Assembly: GCF_004010195.1 (NCBI RefSeq)
Contig: NC_057747.1
Location: 9,093,070-9,157,069 of the forward strand
DNA: 64,000 bases
Reading direction: 5' to 3'
Source: Chiloscyllium plagiosum
Lineage: Eukaryota
Part shown: in pieces, positions 13,806 through 26,700 of the stretch
How the letters are laid out: every line of letters starts with the position of its first letter
Position numbering within the stretch: position 1 is the first letter of the stretch
Notes under the pieces: generated by a model
The model's input: the letters and a program-made list of their open reading frames with translations, nothing else
The model's database searches: none
What the model was told of the DNA's origin: nothing
Program-made: the position numbers and the translations under genes

Positions 13806-14331
13806 CCAACATGAAAGTACAAAAAAAAGTAAGACCCATGAAATAATAGACTTGAAAATAACAAATTTGACAAAAGGATTAAACTTACCTGTTGAAGCAT
13901 GCACAAAATGTGTTTAAGACTTTTCACTATGACAGGGCTGATATCTCTCGAAAAAATCAAATGGTTGTTTCATATTCTTCAGAGTCATCCTTCGCCACTG
14001 AGGTGAAAATAGCCACAAACTTTAGCGACCAATGGTGCTTACAATTTCCTGTTTATAGCAGTCTGAGCATACACATTGAGGAGAACCTTTCCCTTTTTGT
14101 AGCAGCATGATTGAAAGTGTGTATTGTGCAAATTGAAGTGCAAAAACATAGAAGTTACCCCAATAATTGTTAGTTTGTCTTCCTGAAGAATTAAAAGCAT
14201 GGTAAAACATGAAATTTGGAACCTTTCTGAATAAAATTTTGATAAGAAAATTAACAGGGGCAAAACAGAGAAGACAAAAGAATCTAATTAACGTGACTTG
14301 GAGGTGCCGATGTGGACAAAGTTAAAAATCA

Positions 14332-14444
14332 ACTAGGAGAAAGTGAGGACTGCAGATGCTGGAGATCAGAGCTTAAAAATGTGTTGCTGAAAAAGCGCAG
14401 CAGGTCAGGCAGCATCAAAGGAACAGGAGAATCGATGTTTCGGG
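14332..14444 (-). mobile_element. Same family, truncated in the ribozyme, nested in a related element (~14310-14570)
   Basis: TSD agttaaaaatca at 14320-14331 and 14445-14456. Confidence 0.7.
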
Positions 14445-14611
14445 AGTTAAAAATCACGCAATACAAGGTTAGAGTCCAACAGTTTGGATATACTAGCTTT
14501 TGGAGTGCCGCTCCGATGAACCACTTGATGAAGGAGCTAGTGCTTCCAAATAAACCTGTTGGACTAAAAACTGATTAAGGTATTGTCATACCAACAGGAG
14601 TCTCGCCTGCC

Positions 14612-15120
14612 AGTCATAGAGATGTACAGCATAGAGAAAACATGCTCAGTCCAACTTGTTCATGCCAACTATATATTCTAAATTAATCTAGTCTCATTTG
14701 CCAGCATTTGGCTCATATTCTTCTTACCCCTTCCTATTCATGTAACCATCCAGGTGCCTACACCATTTCCTCAGGCAGCTCATTTCATTCATGCACTGCC
14801 CTCTGTGTGAAATGGTTGTCTCTTAGGTCCCTTTTAAGTCTTTTCCCTCTCACCTTAAACATATACTGTCTAGCTTTGGACTCCTTTAAGCTAGGAAAAA
14901 AGACCTTGGCTATTCACCAAATCATGCTCCTCATGATTTAATAAATCTCTACAAGGTCATTCCTCAGCCTCTGACATTCCAGAGGAAATATCTCTAGTCT
15001 ATTCAGCCTTTCCCTGTAGCTCAAACCCTGCAACCTTGGCAACATCTTTGTAAATTTTTTCTGCACTCTTTCAAGTTTAACAACGTTGTTCCAAAAATAG
15101 GTAGACCAGAACTGAACTCA
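14612..15120 (-). mobile_element. CR1 LINE 3' fragment (older copy, tandem to the long copy)
   Basis: Same 3' sequence as the start of the long copy at 15128, more diverged. Confidence 0.8.
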
Positions 15121-15127
15121 GAGCATC

Positions 15128-18100
15128 ACAGAGTAATGGAGATGTCCAGCACAGAAACAGTCCCTTCGGTCTAACTCATCCATGCTGACCAGATATCCCA
15201 ACCCAATCTAGTCCCACCTGCCAGCACCTGGCCCATATCCCTCCAAACCCTTCCTATTCATTTACACATCCAGATGCCTTTTAAATGTTGCAATTGTACT
15301 AGCCTACACCAGATCCTCTGGCAGCTCATTCCATACACACACCACCCTCTGAGTGAAAAAGTTGCCTCTTAGGTCCCTTTTATTTTTTCCCCTCTCACCC
15401 TAAACCTATGCCCTCCAGTTCTGGACTCACCCACCACAGCGAAAAGACTTTGTCTGTTTATCCTATCCATGCCTCTCTTGATTTTATAAACCTCTATAAG
15501 GTCACCCCCTCAGCCTCCGACACTCCAGGGAAAACAGCCACAGCCTATCCCTCTCCCTGACTGGAGCTCAAATCCTCCAACCCTGGCAACATTCCTGTAA
15601 ATCTTTTCTGAACCCTTTCAAGTTTCACAACATCTTTTCCATAGGAAAGAGACCAGATTTGCATGCAATATTCCAACAGTGGCCTAACCAATGTCCTGTA
15701 GAGCCACACCATGACCTCCCAACTCCTGTACTCAATACTCTGACCAATAAAGGAAAGCATACCAAACACCTTCTTCACTATCCTATCAACCTGCGACTCC
15801 ACTTTCAAGGAGCTATGAACCTGCACTCCAAGATCTGTTTGTTTAGCAACATTCTCTAGGACCTTACCATTAAATGTATAAGTCCTGCTAAGATTTGCTT
15901 TCCCAAAATGCAACACCTCACATTTATCTAAATTAAACTCCATCTGCTACTTCTCAGTCCACTGGCCCATCTGGTCAAGATCCTATAGTAATCTGAGGTA
16001 ACCTTCTTCGCTGTCCACTACACCTCCAATTTTGGTGTCATCAGCAAACTTACTAACCAAACCTCTTATGCTCACATCCAAATCATTTACATAAATGATG
16101 AAAAATAGTGGACCCAGCACCGATCCTTTTGGCACTTCACTGGTCACAGGCCTCCAGTCTGAAAAACAACCCTCCACCACCACCCTCTGACTTCTACCTT
16201 TGAGCCAGTTTTGTATCCAAATGGCTAGTTCTCCCTGTATTCCATGAGATTGAACCTTGCTCACTAGTCTCCCATGGGGAACCTTGTCAAACGCCTTACT
16301 GAAGTCCATATAGATCACATCTACCACTCTGCCCTCATCAATCCTCTTTGTTACTTCTTCAAAAAACCCAATCAAGTTTGTGAGACATGATTTCCCACGC
16401 ATAAAGCCATGTTGACTATCCCTAATCAGTCCTTGCCTTTCCAAATACATGTACATCCTGTCCCTCAACATTCCCTCCAACAACTTGCCCATCACTGATG
16501 TCAGGCTCACTGGTCTATAGTTCCCTGGCTTGTCCTTACCACCCATTTTAAACAGTGGCACCACGTTAGCCAACCTCCAGTCTTCCAGCACCTCATCTGT
16601 GACTATCGATGATACAAATATCTCAGTAAGAGGCACAGCAGTCACTTCCCTAGCTTCCCACAGAGTTCTAGGATACACCTTAACCGATCCTGGGGATTTA
16701 TCCACTTTTATGCATTTTAAGACATCCAGCACTTCTTCCTCTGTAATATGGACATTTTTCAAGATGTCACAATCTATTTCCCTACATTCTACATCTTCCA
16801 TGTCCTTTTCCACAGTAAAAACTGATGCAAAATACTCGTTTAGCATCTTCCCCATCTCCTGCTGCTCCACACAAAGGCTGCCTTGCTGATCTTTGATTCT
16901 CTCCCTAGTTACCCTTTTGTCCTTAGTGTATTTGTAAAAACCCTTTGGATTCTCCTTAACTCTATTTGCCAAAGCTATCACATGTCCCCTTTTTGCCATC
17001 CTGATTTCTCTCTTAAGTATACTCCTACTGCCTTTATACTCTTCTAAGGATTCACTTGATCTAACCTGACAAACACTTCCTTCTTTTTCTTAACCAAACC
17101 CTCAATTTCTTTAGTCATCCAGCATTCCCTATAACTACCAGCCTTTCCTTTCATCCTAACAGGAATATACTGTCTCTGGAGGCTTCTGAAGGCTTCCTAT
17201 TTTCCAGCCATCCCTTTACCTGTGAACATCTACCTCCAATCAGCTTTCGAAAGTTCTTGCCTAATACTGTTGAAATTGACCTTCCTCCAATGTAGAACTT
17301 CAACTTTTAGACCTGATCTATCCTTTTCTAACATTATTTTAAATCTAATAGAATTATGGTCACTGGCCCCAAAGTGCTCCCCCACTGACACCTCAGTCAC
17401 CTGCCCTGCCTTATTTCCCAAGAGTAGGTCAAGTTTTGCACCTTCTCTAGTAGGTACATCCACATACTGAATCAGAAAATTGTCTTGTACACACTTAACA
17501 AATTCTTCTCCATCTAAACCTTTAACACTATGGCAGTCCCAGTCTATGTTTAGAGAGTTAAAGTCCCCTACCATAACCATCCTATTATTCTTAGATAACT
17601 GAGATCTCCTTACAAATTTGTTTCTCAATTTCCCTCTGACTGTTAGGGGGTCTATAATAGAATCCCAATAAGGTGATCATCCCTTTCTTATTTCTTATTT
17701 CCACCCAAATAACTTCCCTGGATGTATTACTGGGAATATCCTCCCTAAGTAAGTTGTAATGCTATCCCTTACCAAAAACGCCACTCCCCCTCCTCTCTTG
17801 CCTCCCTTTCTGTCCTTCCTGTAGCATTTGTATCCTGGAACATTAAGCTGCCAGTCCTGTCCATCCCTGAGCCACATTTCTGTAATTGCTGTGATACCCC
17901 AGTCCCATGTTCCTAACCATGCCCTGAGTTCATCTGCCTTCCCTGTTAGGCTCCTTGCATTGAAATAAATGCAGTTTAATTTATCAGTCCTACCTTGTTT
18001 TCTGCATTGTTCCTGCCTGCCCTGACTGTTTGACTCACGTTTGTTCTCAACTGTACCAGTTTCAATTTTAAATCTTTTCTCACTATCTCCCTGGGTCTCC

Positions 18101-19045
18101 CCCCCCATCTTACTAGTTTAAATCCTCCCGGGCAGCTCTAGCAAATCTCCCTGCCAATATATTACTCCCCTTCCAATTTAAGTGTAATCCATCCTTCTTG
18201 TACAGGTCACTTCTACCCCAAAACAGCCTCCAATGATCCTTCTCCCATACACCAGCTCCTCAGCCATGCATTCATCTGCCCTATTCCTGCCCTCACTAGC
18301 TCATAGCACCAGGAGTAATCCAGACATTGCTACTCTCGAGGACCTCCTTTTTAAATTCCTGCCTAACTCTCTGTAATCTCCCTTCAGAATCTCAACCTTT
18401 TCCCTTCCTATGTTGAAGGTTTCATTGTGGACAATGACCTCCTGCTGGCCCCTCTCCCCCTTGAGAACATTCTGCACCCTCTCTGAGACATCCTTGATCC
18501 TAGCACCAGGGAAGCCACACACCATTCTGATTTTTCGCTGCTGGCCACAGAAACGTCTGTCTGAACCTTGGACTAGAGAGTTGCCCCACACAATCAAGCA
18601 CTTGGAACTCAATGTACCTCTCATTACATTAGAGCCACTCTCAATATCAAAAACTTGGCTGTTTGTGCTACTTACCCCGAGTATCCATCACTCTACATTT
18701 TCCAAAAGAGCATACTTGCTTGAAATGGGGAGAGCCACAGAAGACTCCTGCACTACCTGCCTACTTTTCTTCCCTTTCCTGGAGTTAACCCATCTATGTG
18801 ACTGAACCTGAGACTTTCACCCTTCCTATAACTGCCATCCGTCACATCCCCTTGCTCTTATAAATTCCTCATTGCCTCTAAGTTCCTCTCCAACTGATCC
18901 ATTCAATCTGATAGGATTCCCAACCAATGGCATTTATCGCAGATATAATCGTCAGTAACCCGTAAACTCTCCCTAAACTCCCACATCCGACAAGAAAAAC
19001 ATATCACTCTACTAAGGGCCATTTTTGCTTCTTTTAATCTACAGG
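15128..19045 (-). mobile_element. Near full-length but disrupted CR1-clade LINE (HER1-like)
   Basis: ORF1 starts MALSRVICFSCRMWEF at 19022 and has an SGNH-esterase-like segment (WGNSLV...GFPGARIKDV). The APE endonuclease shows CIYFNARSL...AITEMWL, VGDFN and GASDH. The RT shows NYRPVSLTS, DFSKAFDKVPH, GSVLGP and FADDTK. The 3' tail lies near 15130. Broken by frameshifts and stops. Confidence 0.93.
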
Positions 19046-20954
19046 CTCACTAATGGTCAAACATTTCGATGGGAGAGGCCAAATGGAATCAAATGTCATT
19101 TAGGCTCTTAAGTGACTGCCATTGGTCCTTACCTAGGAATGTAGGCATCCTGCTCACTGCATGTCCTAGTGAGCAAACAATGCTGGCCATTCACAGACCA
19201 ACATGTCATTACTGCTACTAGCAGCTTTAGACAGCGCTGCACGCACCCAAGGTTCAGGATCATGGACCCCTTGTGATTGAAGAAACTGAACAGCTAGAGA
19301 TTTATGCACTGGATGTGACCAAACTATGAACCAGGTTGAAACGCTGTACCATTTGAGATGTCATGCTGCATGGAGAGAAGGTTCATGCATAGAGTTGTAG
19401 AATTGGCAAAACACATTAAGTACGAAATGAAACATATAGGCTTAAACTTTGTGAATGTGCCTATGTAGATTCCACTATCTGAAGGATCAAGAACAGTTTC
19501 TAAAACCAATACCAACATTCTGGTGCTCCATACAACTTGCCATCAACAGTCGTAGCCATTGACAATGAGTATCTCCCAGGCCACCTGAACTTTTTGTGGC
19601 CTCAAGGAATCCCTGGACCTTGGGTATATAAAATGTACTGGGCTACAGCCTCTTTCATGTTACTTAAGGAGTTTTCACTAAATATTTGCACTTCAGCCCC
19701 ACAGTACTGATCTTTGGGCACATAGTACAGAAAGCAGCAGAACATTTGAGGGGATTAACTCATAGATCTGCTCCTGTACCTGCCCAAATTGGTCATCAAA
19801 ACCGGTCCAGAGAGGGAGCAGTGGGGGTGGTCATTGCATCTGACTGTCTGCTTCTCTTTATCATCACTGAGTTGGCCTTTGAAAGCAAACATGTGGTGTC
19901 TGCTAATACAATGATTGGTGGGCAACATTTGTGGTGTGGCAAGCATCATACACATCAAAATAACATTTTCTTTGAAATCTGTAAGTTTCATTTGCAACTT
20001 TGGCTTTTGTTACAATGTCCTTTCCAATGTCAATTCTAATGTTTTGCTTAATTTGGTCAATTGGTCCTTATTTAATATCAGACTATGGAACAAGCAAACA
20101 CAAAGCATAATTGCTTAAGAAACTCAGCAGGTTTGGCAGCATCTGTGGAAATACAGCAGTGTTCGGAAGAAGGATCACTGGGACCTGAAATGTTGACTCC
20201 TCCTTCTCTCCAGATAGCTGAGATTCTCCAGCAATTTTTTCTTTGCTCCAGATTTCCAGCATCTGCATGTCTTGGTTTTATACATATAAATTGTACCGGG
20301 TTTTATTTAAATGCTTGGTTGCATGGTCCTGACCTTTGGGCAGCTAATATGCAGAATGGCTGGCAGATCGGAAGACTTCTTCATTGGTCTATTCCTGGGC
20401 CTTGCCCTATGTCCATCAACATCTCAGGCAGTTGGTCAGTGAGTGGGTTGTTACACCTGACAGTTTGCTTTTCAGTTATTCCATACATGGGTGTCCTTGG
20501 AGAGGGTGTGTGCAGTGTTCGCCTCTATGCTTCAGGCCTCTTATGACCATTGGGCACCGTAGGGTCTGAGGCACATCATCATTCACCAGAAATGTTATTA
20601 ATTTAAAACTGTAAGTTTCCTTTGGAATTTCTTATTTGTGTTACAGTGCCTACCTGGGGGCTGTCAATTCTAATTTGGTTTAATTTGGTTAATTGGTTTA
20701 TTTCTTTAAAACGGTGGGTAATGAGTAGATAAATTGCCATAAGGAGCCATTGCATATAAGTTTAACCTTCTCCTCTCCCCACGTTCAGAGTTCCTCAGAG
20801 TTTCCATAGGTTTCCCTTTCTTTGCTGTGGTAACTGCAGAAATTTACATTTTCATTGTGATTAGTAGTTTATGACCAGAAGCAATAACAACTCTTGCTGA
20901 TTTATTTGCCCTCCTTATCCCAGGTGCACTAAGGCTAATTACAACTCCTCCACC

Positions 20955-22170
20955 TTGAAATTTGAAGAAGTAACAAAGAAGATTGATGAGGGCAGAGTGG
21001 TAGATGTGATCTATATGGACTTCAGTAAGGCATTCGACAAGGTTCCCCATGGGAGACTGGTTAGCAAGGTTAGATCTCATGGAATACAGGGAGAACTAGC
21101 CATTTGGATACAGAACTGGCTTAAAGGTAGAAGACAGGGTGGTGGTGAAGGGTTGTTTTTCAGACTGGAGGCCTGTGACCAGTGGCATGCCACAAGGATC
21201 GGTGCTAGGTCCACTACTTTTCATTATTTATATAAATGATTTGGTTGTGAGATTAAGAAGTATAGTTATTAAGTTTGCAGATGACACCAAAAAATGGAGG
21301 TGTAGTGGACAGCAAAGAAGGTTACCTCAGATTACTATGGGATCTTGATCAGATGGGCCAATGGGCTGAGAAGTGGTAGATGGAATTTAGTTTAGATAAA
21401 TGCGAGGTGCTGCGTTTTGGGAAAGCAAATCATAGCAGGATTTATACACTTAATGGTAAGATCCTAGAGAGTGTGGCTGAACAAAGAGACCTTGGAATGC
21501 AGGTTCATAGTTCCTTGAAAGTAGAGTTGCAGGTAGATAGGATAGTGAAGAAGGCATTTGGTATGTTTCCTTTACTGGTCAGAGTATTGAGTACAGGAGT
21601 TGGGAGGTCATGTTGTGGCTCTACAGGACATTGGTTAGGCAACTTTTGGAAAATCCTATCGGAAGGATGTTGTGAAACTTGAAAGGGTTCAGAAAAGATT
21701 GACAAGGATGTTGCCATGGTTGGAGAATTTGAGCTATCGGGGGAGGTTGAATAGGCTGGGGCTGTTTTTCCTGGAGCATTGGAGGCTGAGGGATGACCTT
21801 ATAGAGATGTATAAAATCATGAGGGGCATGGATAGGATAAATAGACAAAGTCTTTACTCTGGGGTGGGGGAGTCCAGAACTAGGGGGCATAGGTTTAGGG
21901 TGAGAGGGGAAAAACATAAAAGGGACCTAAGAGGTAACTTTTTCACACAAAGGGTGGTACATGTATGAAATGAGCTGCCACAGGAAGTGGTGGAGGCTGG
22001 TACAATTGCAACATTTAAGAGGCATCTGGGTATCTAAGTAAAAAGGGTTATGAGGGATATGGGCCGGGTGCTGGCAGGTGGGACTAGATGAGGTTGGAAT
22101 TTCTGGGCGGCATGGATGAGTTGGACCGAAGAGTCTGTTTCTGTGCTGTACATCTCTATGACTCTGTGAC
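20955..22170 (+). mobile_element. 5'-truncated CR1 LINE (RT C-terminal half and 3' tail)
   Basis: FEEVTKKIDEGRVVDVIYMDFSKAFDKVPH...QGSVLGP...FADDTK...FFTQRVV, ending ctctatgactctgtgac. Confidence 0.92.
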
Positions 22171-25098
22171 ACTATAACTTGCTTTACAGAAAAACAAAGC
22201 AGGCATTTCACAGAATTGCAAGAAAATGATGGACACTGACTTTAATCCAGAAGTTGAGTTTTGAAGATAATCTTAAAGGTAAATGGATGATCACACTGTA
22301 TGGCATATAATTGAGGGCACAAGATGATTATTCCTATTTCTGAAAGGCAATGCTAAGGGAAGGACAGCTCATTCATGCCTGTCTGGAGAAATACATATAT
22401 TCAAACTACACAGAGCCACATTTCATTGGGTCAAGTCACACATTTCTTTTTAAGAATGAATGAAAAATCCTTGGTAACATTCCTATCAATATTTACTTTT
22501 CTAATGCTTAATAATTGGACTACACTTACTAGAATAGGAGAATCAAGGTGATCAATCATTTAAAAAGTGCTGATGAATATAAGGGAGGACAGTACAAATC
22601 AATCCCGTCCCCAACCAATCCATGTCATGTTTCCCTCACATCCATTTAAGAGTACTGCACTTGAAACTTTTGGGGAGTCCCAGCTGTTTCTCTGGCCTGT
22701 GGCCTGGAATCCAGCATTGCAATGATATTCACTAGCATGCAATTCTTAGTGTACCTCACCTCACTGAAGGTATCCTGGGAAAATGGGAGTCTGAAATCCA
22801 TATCCATTCCTTGATGATACTGGTCTTCAAAATGGCAGGTTAAGACATTGCCATTTGAAGACAAATGGAACTGGTGGGAACCATGTGTAACTCACTGGCC
22901 ACTGTGGTCGGGAAATCACCACCAGTCTCCTTCCAGAGTTAGTCAAGAGGCAGGCTTAGTGCCAGAAATATTTCAGACATGTTGCAAGCAATAAAACACT
23001 GCTTCAAAAATTAAGAAGTCTGGAAATGTTATGATTAGTTACTCCATTAATTAATTATCAATTCACTTTTAAAAATTAATTTGAACATTTAAAAGCAAAG
23101 TATCTAAATTCTCAGGTTTTAAACATTTCATTTTTCCCATCTATCTGCCAGCTAAATAGGATATTGCTAAACAGAATGCCCTGGGAGAGGAGAAAGGATA
23201 TGAGCTCAGTGAATCCTTTCTTTGTGCTGCCTGGTTTATATGCAGTTTCCAAGAAACACAGGCTAAAAATGGTTGGGTTCTCATACTCCTTTGCTGAACT
23301 CAACTTATTTTCTCGAAGGAATTGTAAACTGCTACATATGCAGGCAAGAACTTTTAAAAAGCTGACGTTAATTCTCCCATATTCTCCCGAATGATCTGAC
23401 ACAAACAATAACAAAACAAAAACTTTGGAAATATGTAGTAAATTGGTTAAGTTCAGAAATACAAAAATCAGATAAGTGTTTCATCAATATTAATCTGATC
23501 AAGCACTGTTCATTTCTAGAAATTTTACTTCATTTCAGGTATCTATGGTTGGGATATTTTGATTTCTTTTGCCCAATCACATAGTTCAGCAAATTTCCAC
23601 TTCAAAATTTAAAATATGTGAAGTTTTATTTGGAAGAACTTCTGATTTTTCAACATTTAACTTTGACATTGTGGTGATAAAGCAGGCTGATTAGAGTTTT
23701 TCAGCATCTCATTTCATTCCTTAATCACTTACTGTGTTGGTATCCCTCTTACTCAGTACCATGTTGCATAATCTGTCTTATGCAGTAGCAGTTTTATTCT
23801 ATTAGTGCCATATGAATCTCTCTCTTCCCAGTACTAGTGCCAAAGCATCTCTCCCATACATCATTATTTCCTCTTTTTGAATGTCACTACCATATTCATT
23901 TTCATTCACCCATTGCCACCAGTTGTGGGTGAGATATTAGATTGATTACATCCAGTGGGTGAGAGGTAGTGAGTCCAGGTGTCTGTCGCATTACCAACTC
24001 CAGGTTCTCACTCTTACCCACTCAATCTCAGTGTGCTTCAGCCAATATCAATGTCAGCCTGCCTCCCAACTCCAGTCAAAATGCTACTTGTCTGAAATTA
24101 CTCTAGGAAATCCAGTTACAAAATCTTGGGCTGGTGTAGTAGGGCAATTTTGAGAGATTATTAATTACCTGAAGCATAAAAGATGCTTTTAGCTGAGGTT
24201 CAGTCTAGAGATTCCGAAGGATGTTGAAGTCCCTTGCTAAGATTCTAGACATCCTGAATATGCCTTCTTCCACCACTGTTGCCAGAAAAATAACCAGCTA
24301 ATTCATTAATTTCCTTTTCTGCATTTTCTATCTAAGAACAGCAACTGAATTCCATAGTAAATATAAGTATTTGAAACACTTTGATATATTTCTGAGATAG
24401 AGGAACCATGACAATTCAAATCCCTTTCTTTTCATTGGCAGTGCCTATCTTACACAGTTTTTCTCAGTCAGAATCACTCTCCCCCTCTAGCAGTATCCCC
24501 ATTACTCAGCAATACTACATTTTATTTTAAGGTGGAATGTTGCTGGCTTGGCCATCATTTGTTACCCAATTACCCTGTCGGCAGTTAAGAGTCAACTATG
24601 TTGCTGTGGGTCTGGAGGCACGAGTAGGCCAGACCAGGCATGGACAGCAGATTTAATTTCCTAAAGTACATTATTGAACCAGATGTTTTTTTTAACAAGT
24701 ATTAATAATGGTTTCATTCTGATCAGTATACTTTTAATTCCAGATTTTTATTGAATTTAAATTTCGTCATTTGCTGTGGTGGATGTGCATTACTAATCTA
24801 GCAACAATACTACATTTCCCACTCATCACAGGGTTGTGTCACTCAATGATAACCTTTCTCATTCAGCGACAGAATGTTTCACTCACACCTCTTTTATCAA
24901 GTGTTTCTCTTGCTCAGAACATTTTCCTTAATCAGTGCCCAGAGGAATTCTACTTATTCAGAGCCAATATGCCACTCATTCCATGCCCCATTCAGTGTTT
25001 CTCATGCTCAGATTCAATATCAGAGTCTGTTACTCACGTAAAGGATTTCTCATTGCTTATTTGCTCCTTGGGGTTTTACACTCAGTGCCAGTAGCTTT

Positions 25099-25230
25099 AT
25101 TCCTGATAAAGGGCTTTTGCCCGAAACGTCGATTTCGCTGCTCCTTGGATGCTGCCTGAACTGCTGTGCTCTTCCAGCACCACTAATCCAGAATCTGGTT
25201 TCCAGCATCTGCAGTCATTGTTTTTACCTC
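25099..25230 (+). mobile_element. Short hammerhead-bearing Penelope-derived insertion
   Basis: CTGATAA AGGGC TTTT GCCC GAAAC GTC at 25103-25130 (G8 to A), then the family body ending gtcattgtttttacct. Confidence 0.75.
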
Positions 25231-25559
25231 CCTCATCCACCAGTTTGGGTGCAACCAGCCCAGTACTATTATCATTCATGAACTGGCTAGATGTATCTAG
25301 CGTAGTGTCAGGATCTCTGACCTACTTGCTGGGTGTACCCAAATCAATTCCAGTTTCCCTTGTCTATTGACTAGGTGTATTCAGCCGAGTGCTAATATTT
25401 CTCAATCACTGGCTGGTTGTATCTCACTCAGTGTCATTACATTCCATCCACCGGGTTATGTACCTCACTCAGTGTCAGCAAAACGTTCCCATGGAATATT
25501 TGAACCCAATATCATTATCTCAACCACAGGAAGGGTGTACAAATTTGTAATCCCTGAAT

Positions 25560-26040
25560 CTCCCATCCTCTGGCTGGGAGGATCCACTACAGTGACAGTC
25601 ACCCCTACACCCTGGACAAAGCGATCTGGTATAGTGCCAGTCAACCCTACCTTCTGACTGATGGGATCCACTTGCAGTGCCAGTTACCCATCCTCTACCT
25701 GGTGTATCCAGTGCAGTGCTAGTCACCCCCACCTTCTGGTTAAATGGATCCAGTGCAGTACCAGTCACACCCACCCTCTGGTTGGGTGGATATAATGCAT
25801 TGCCAGTCACACCCACTCCCTGATTAGATGGATCCAGTGCAGTGCCAGTCACACCCACCCTCTGGTTGGGTGAATCCAGTGCAGTGCCAATCACACCCAC
25901 CCTCTTGTTAGGTGGATCCAGTGCAGTACCAGACACACCCACCCTCTGGTTGGGTGAATCCAGTGCAGTGCCAGTGACACCCACCCTCTGGTTAGATGGA
26001 TCCAGTGCAGTGCCAGTGACACCCACCCTCTGGCTGGCTG
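25560..26040. repeat. 42-bp minisatellite (~10-11 units, decaying leftwards)
   Basis: Unit approximately ggatccagtgcagtgccagtcacacccaccctctggttgggt. It produces the 14-aa repeats in overlapping ORFs. Confidence 0.9.
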
Positions 26041-26049
26041 GAAAGCCTA

Positions 26050-26220
26050 ACCTTGTCACGTGACCTTCTCTAGGGGGTGCGTGTATCCCGCCCCGCCCCC
26101 TCCCGGCCAACGTCTGCGGCGCGAGCCGCCTTTCAAACAGGGGCCGGATCGGTCGGTCGCTGCCGTCCCAGAGCCGCCGCGTCCGTGTGATCGGCGGCAG
26201 CAGAGCGGGGGGGGGGGGAA
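26050..26220. promoter_or_regulatory. Small CpG-rich island in ANTXR-like intron 1 with palindromic E-box and GC boxes
   Basis: GTCACGTGAC at 26055-26064, CCCGCCCCGCCCC near 26087, and dense CpG compared with flanks. Confidence 0.5.
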
Positions 26221-26551
26221 TACTCTGCAGAATAAAGATAAAGGTTGCGGTGCGATGGGGAGAGAAATAAACATACGCAAAAACACGCACACTTTTGTTC
26301 GAAATCTCTACATTTCTTTGATTTGCAACCTCCGAAGCGAACAAGGGGAAATACAAATGCAATCTTTTGTATTCGTTCCTTTATGTGGGGGTTTTGTTTT
26401 GGCTGAGTCCACTCAGTTTTCATTTCAAAAGGATAAAAAAGACCATCCCCTTCCTCCTCCTCCCACCCCCAACCCCAAAATAGACACAGATACACGAAGA
26501 GTTCAGCAAAGAGTAAATAAAAGAGCTCCAGTATTATGGATCCCCACTTAC

Positions 26552-26700
26552 TTATCTAAAATAAAGTACAGGTCGAAAGCTCCGTGACAGGATGCCTTGT
26601 CGTGGTCTTTGTCCTCTCTCACTTGGCCAAAAGTGAATGAGCAGAAGAAGACGCCGAGGAGCAACAAAGCTCTGCAAACGCCGCTTGCAAAGCTCGCCAT
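26552..26700 (-). CDS. Anthrax toxin receptor family gene (ANTXR1-like; probably the ANTXRL-locus paralog), coding exon 1: signal peptide and start of vWA domain
   Basis: Hand translation from ATG 26700 gives MASFASGVCRALLLLGVFFCSFTFGQVREDKDHDKASCHGAFDLYFILD(K). This has a hydrophobic signal peptide and the ANTXR hallmark C-x-G-x-FDLYFILDK. The exon ends AA|GTAAGT (phase 2). It is not in the ORF track because it is short. Confidence 0.92.

Noticed and set aside
13880-13960. Strong minus-strand donor CAG|GTAAGT as a possible extra ANTXR exon
   Set aside because: Exons 1 and 2 already join seamlessly (FILDK-SGSV), and this peptide has no vWA similarity.
15983-16999. Functional reverse transcriptase gene
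   Set aside because: Part of a frameshifted, stop-containing CR1 ORF2.
25560-26040. CRISPR-like regular repeats
   Set aside because: The units are contiguous with no unique spacers, there are no cas genes, and the context is eukaryotic.
25520-26587. 280-aa and 175-aa ORFs, the longer with 14-aa repeats
   Set aside because: They arise from a 42-bp minisatellite plus a GC-rich island, are open on both strands and have no recognisable domain.
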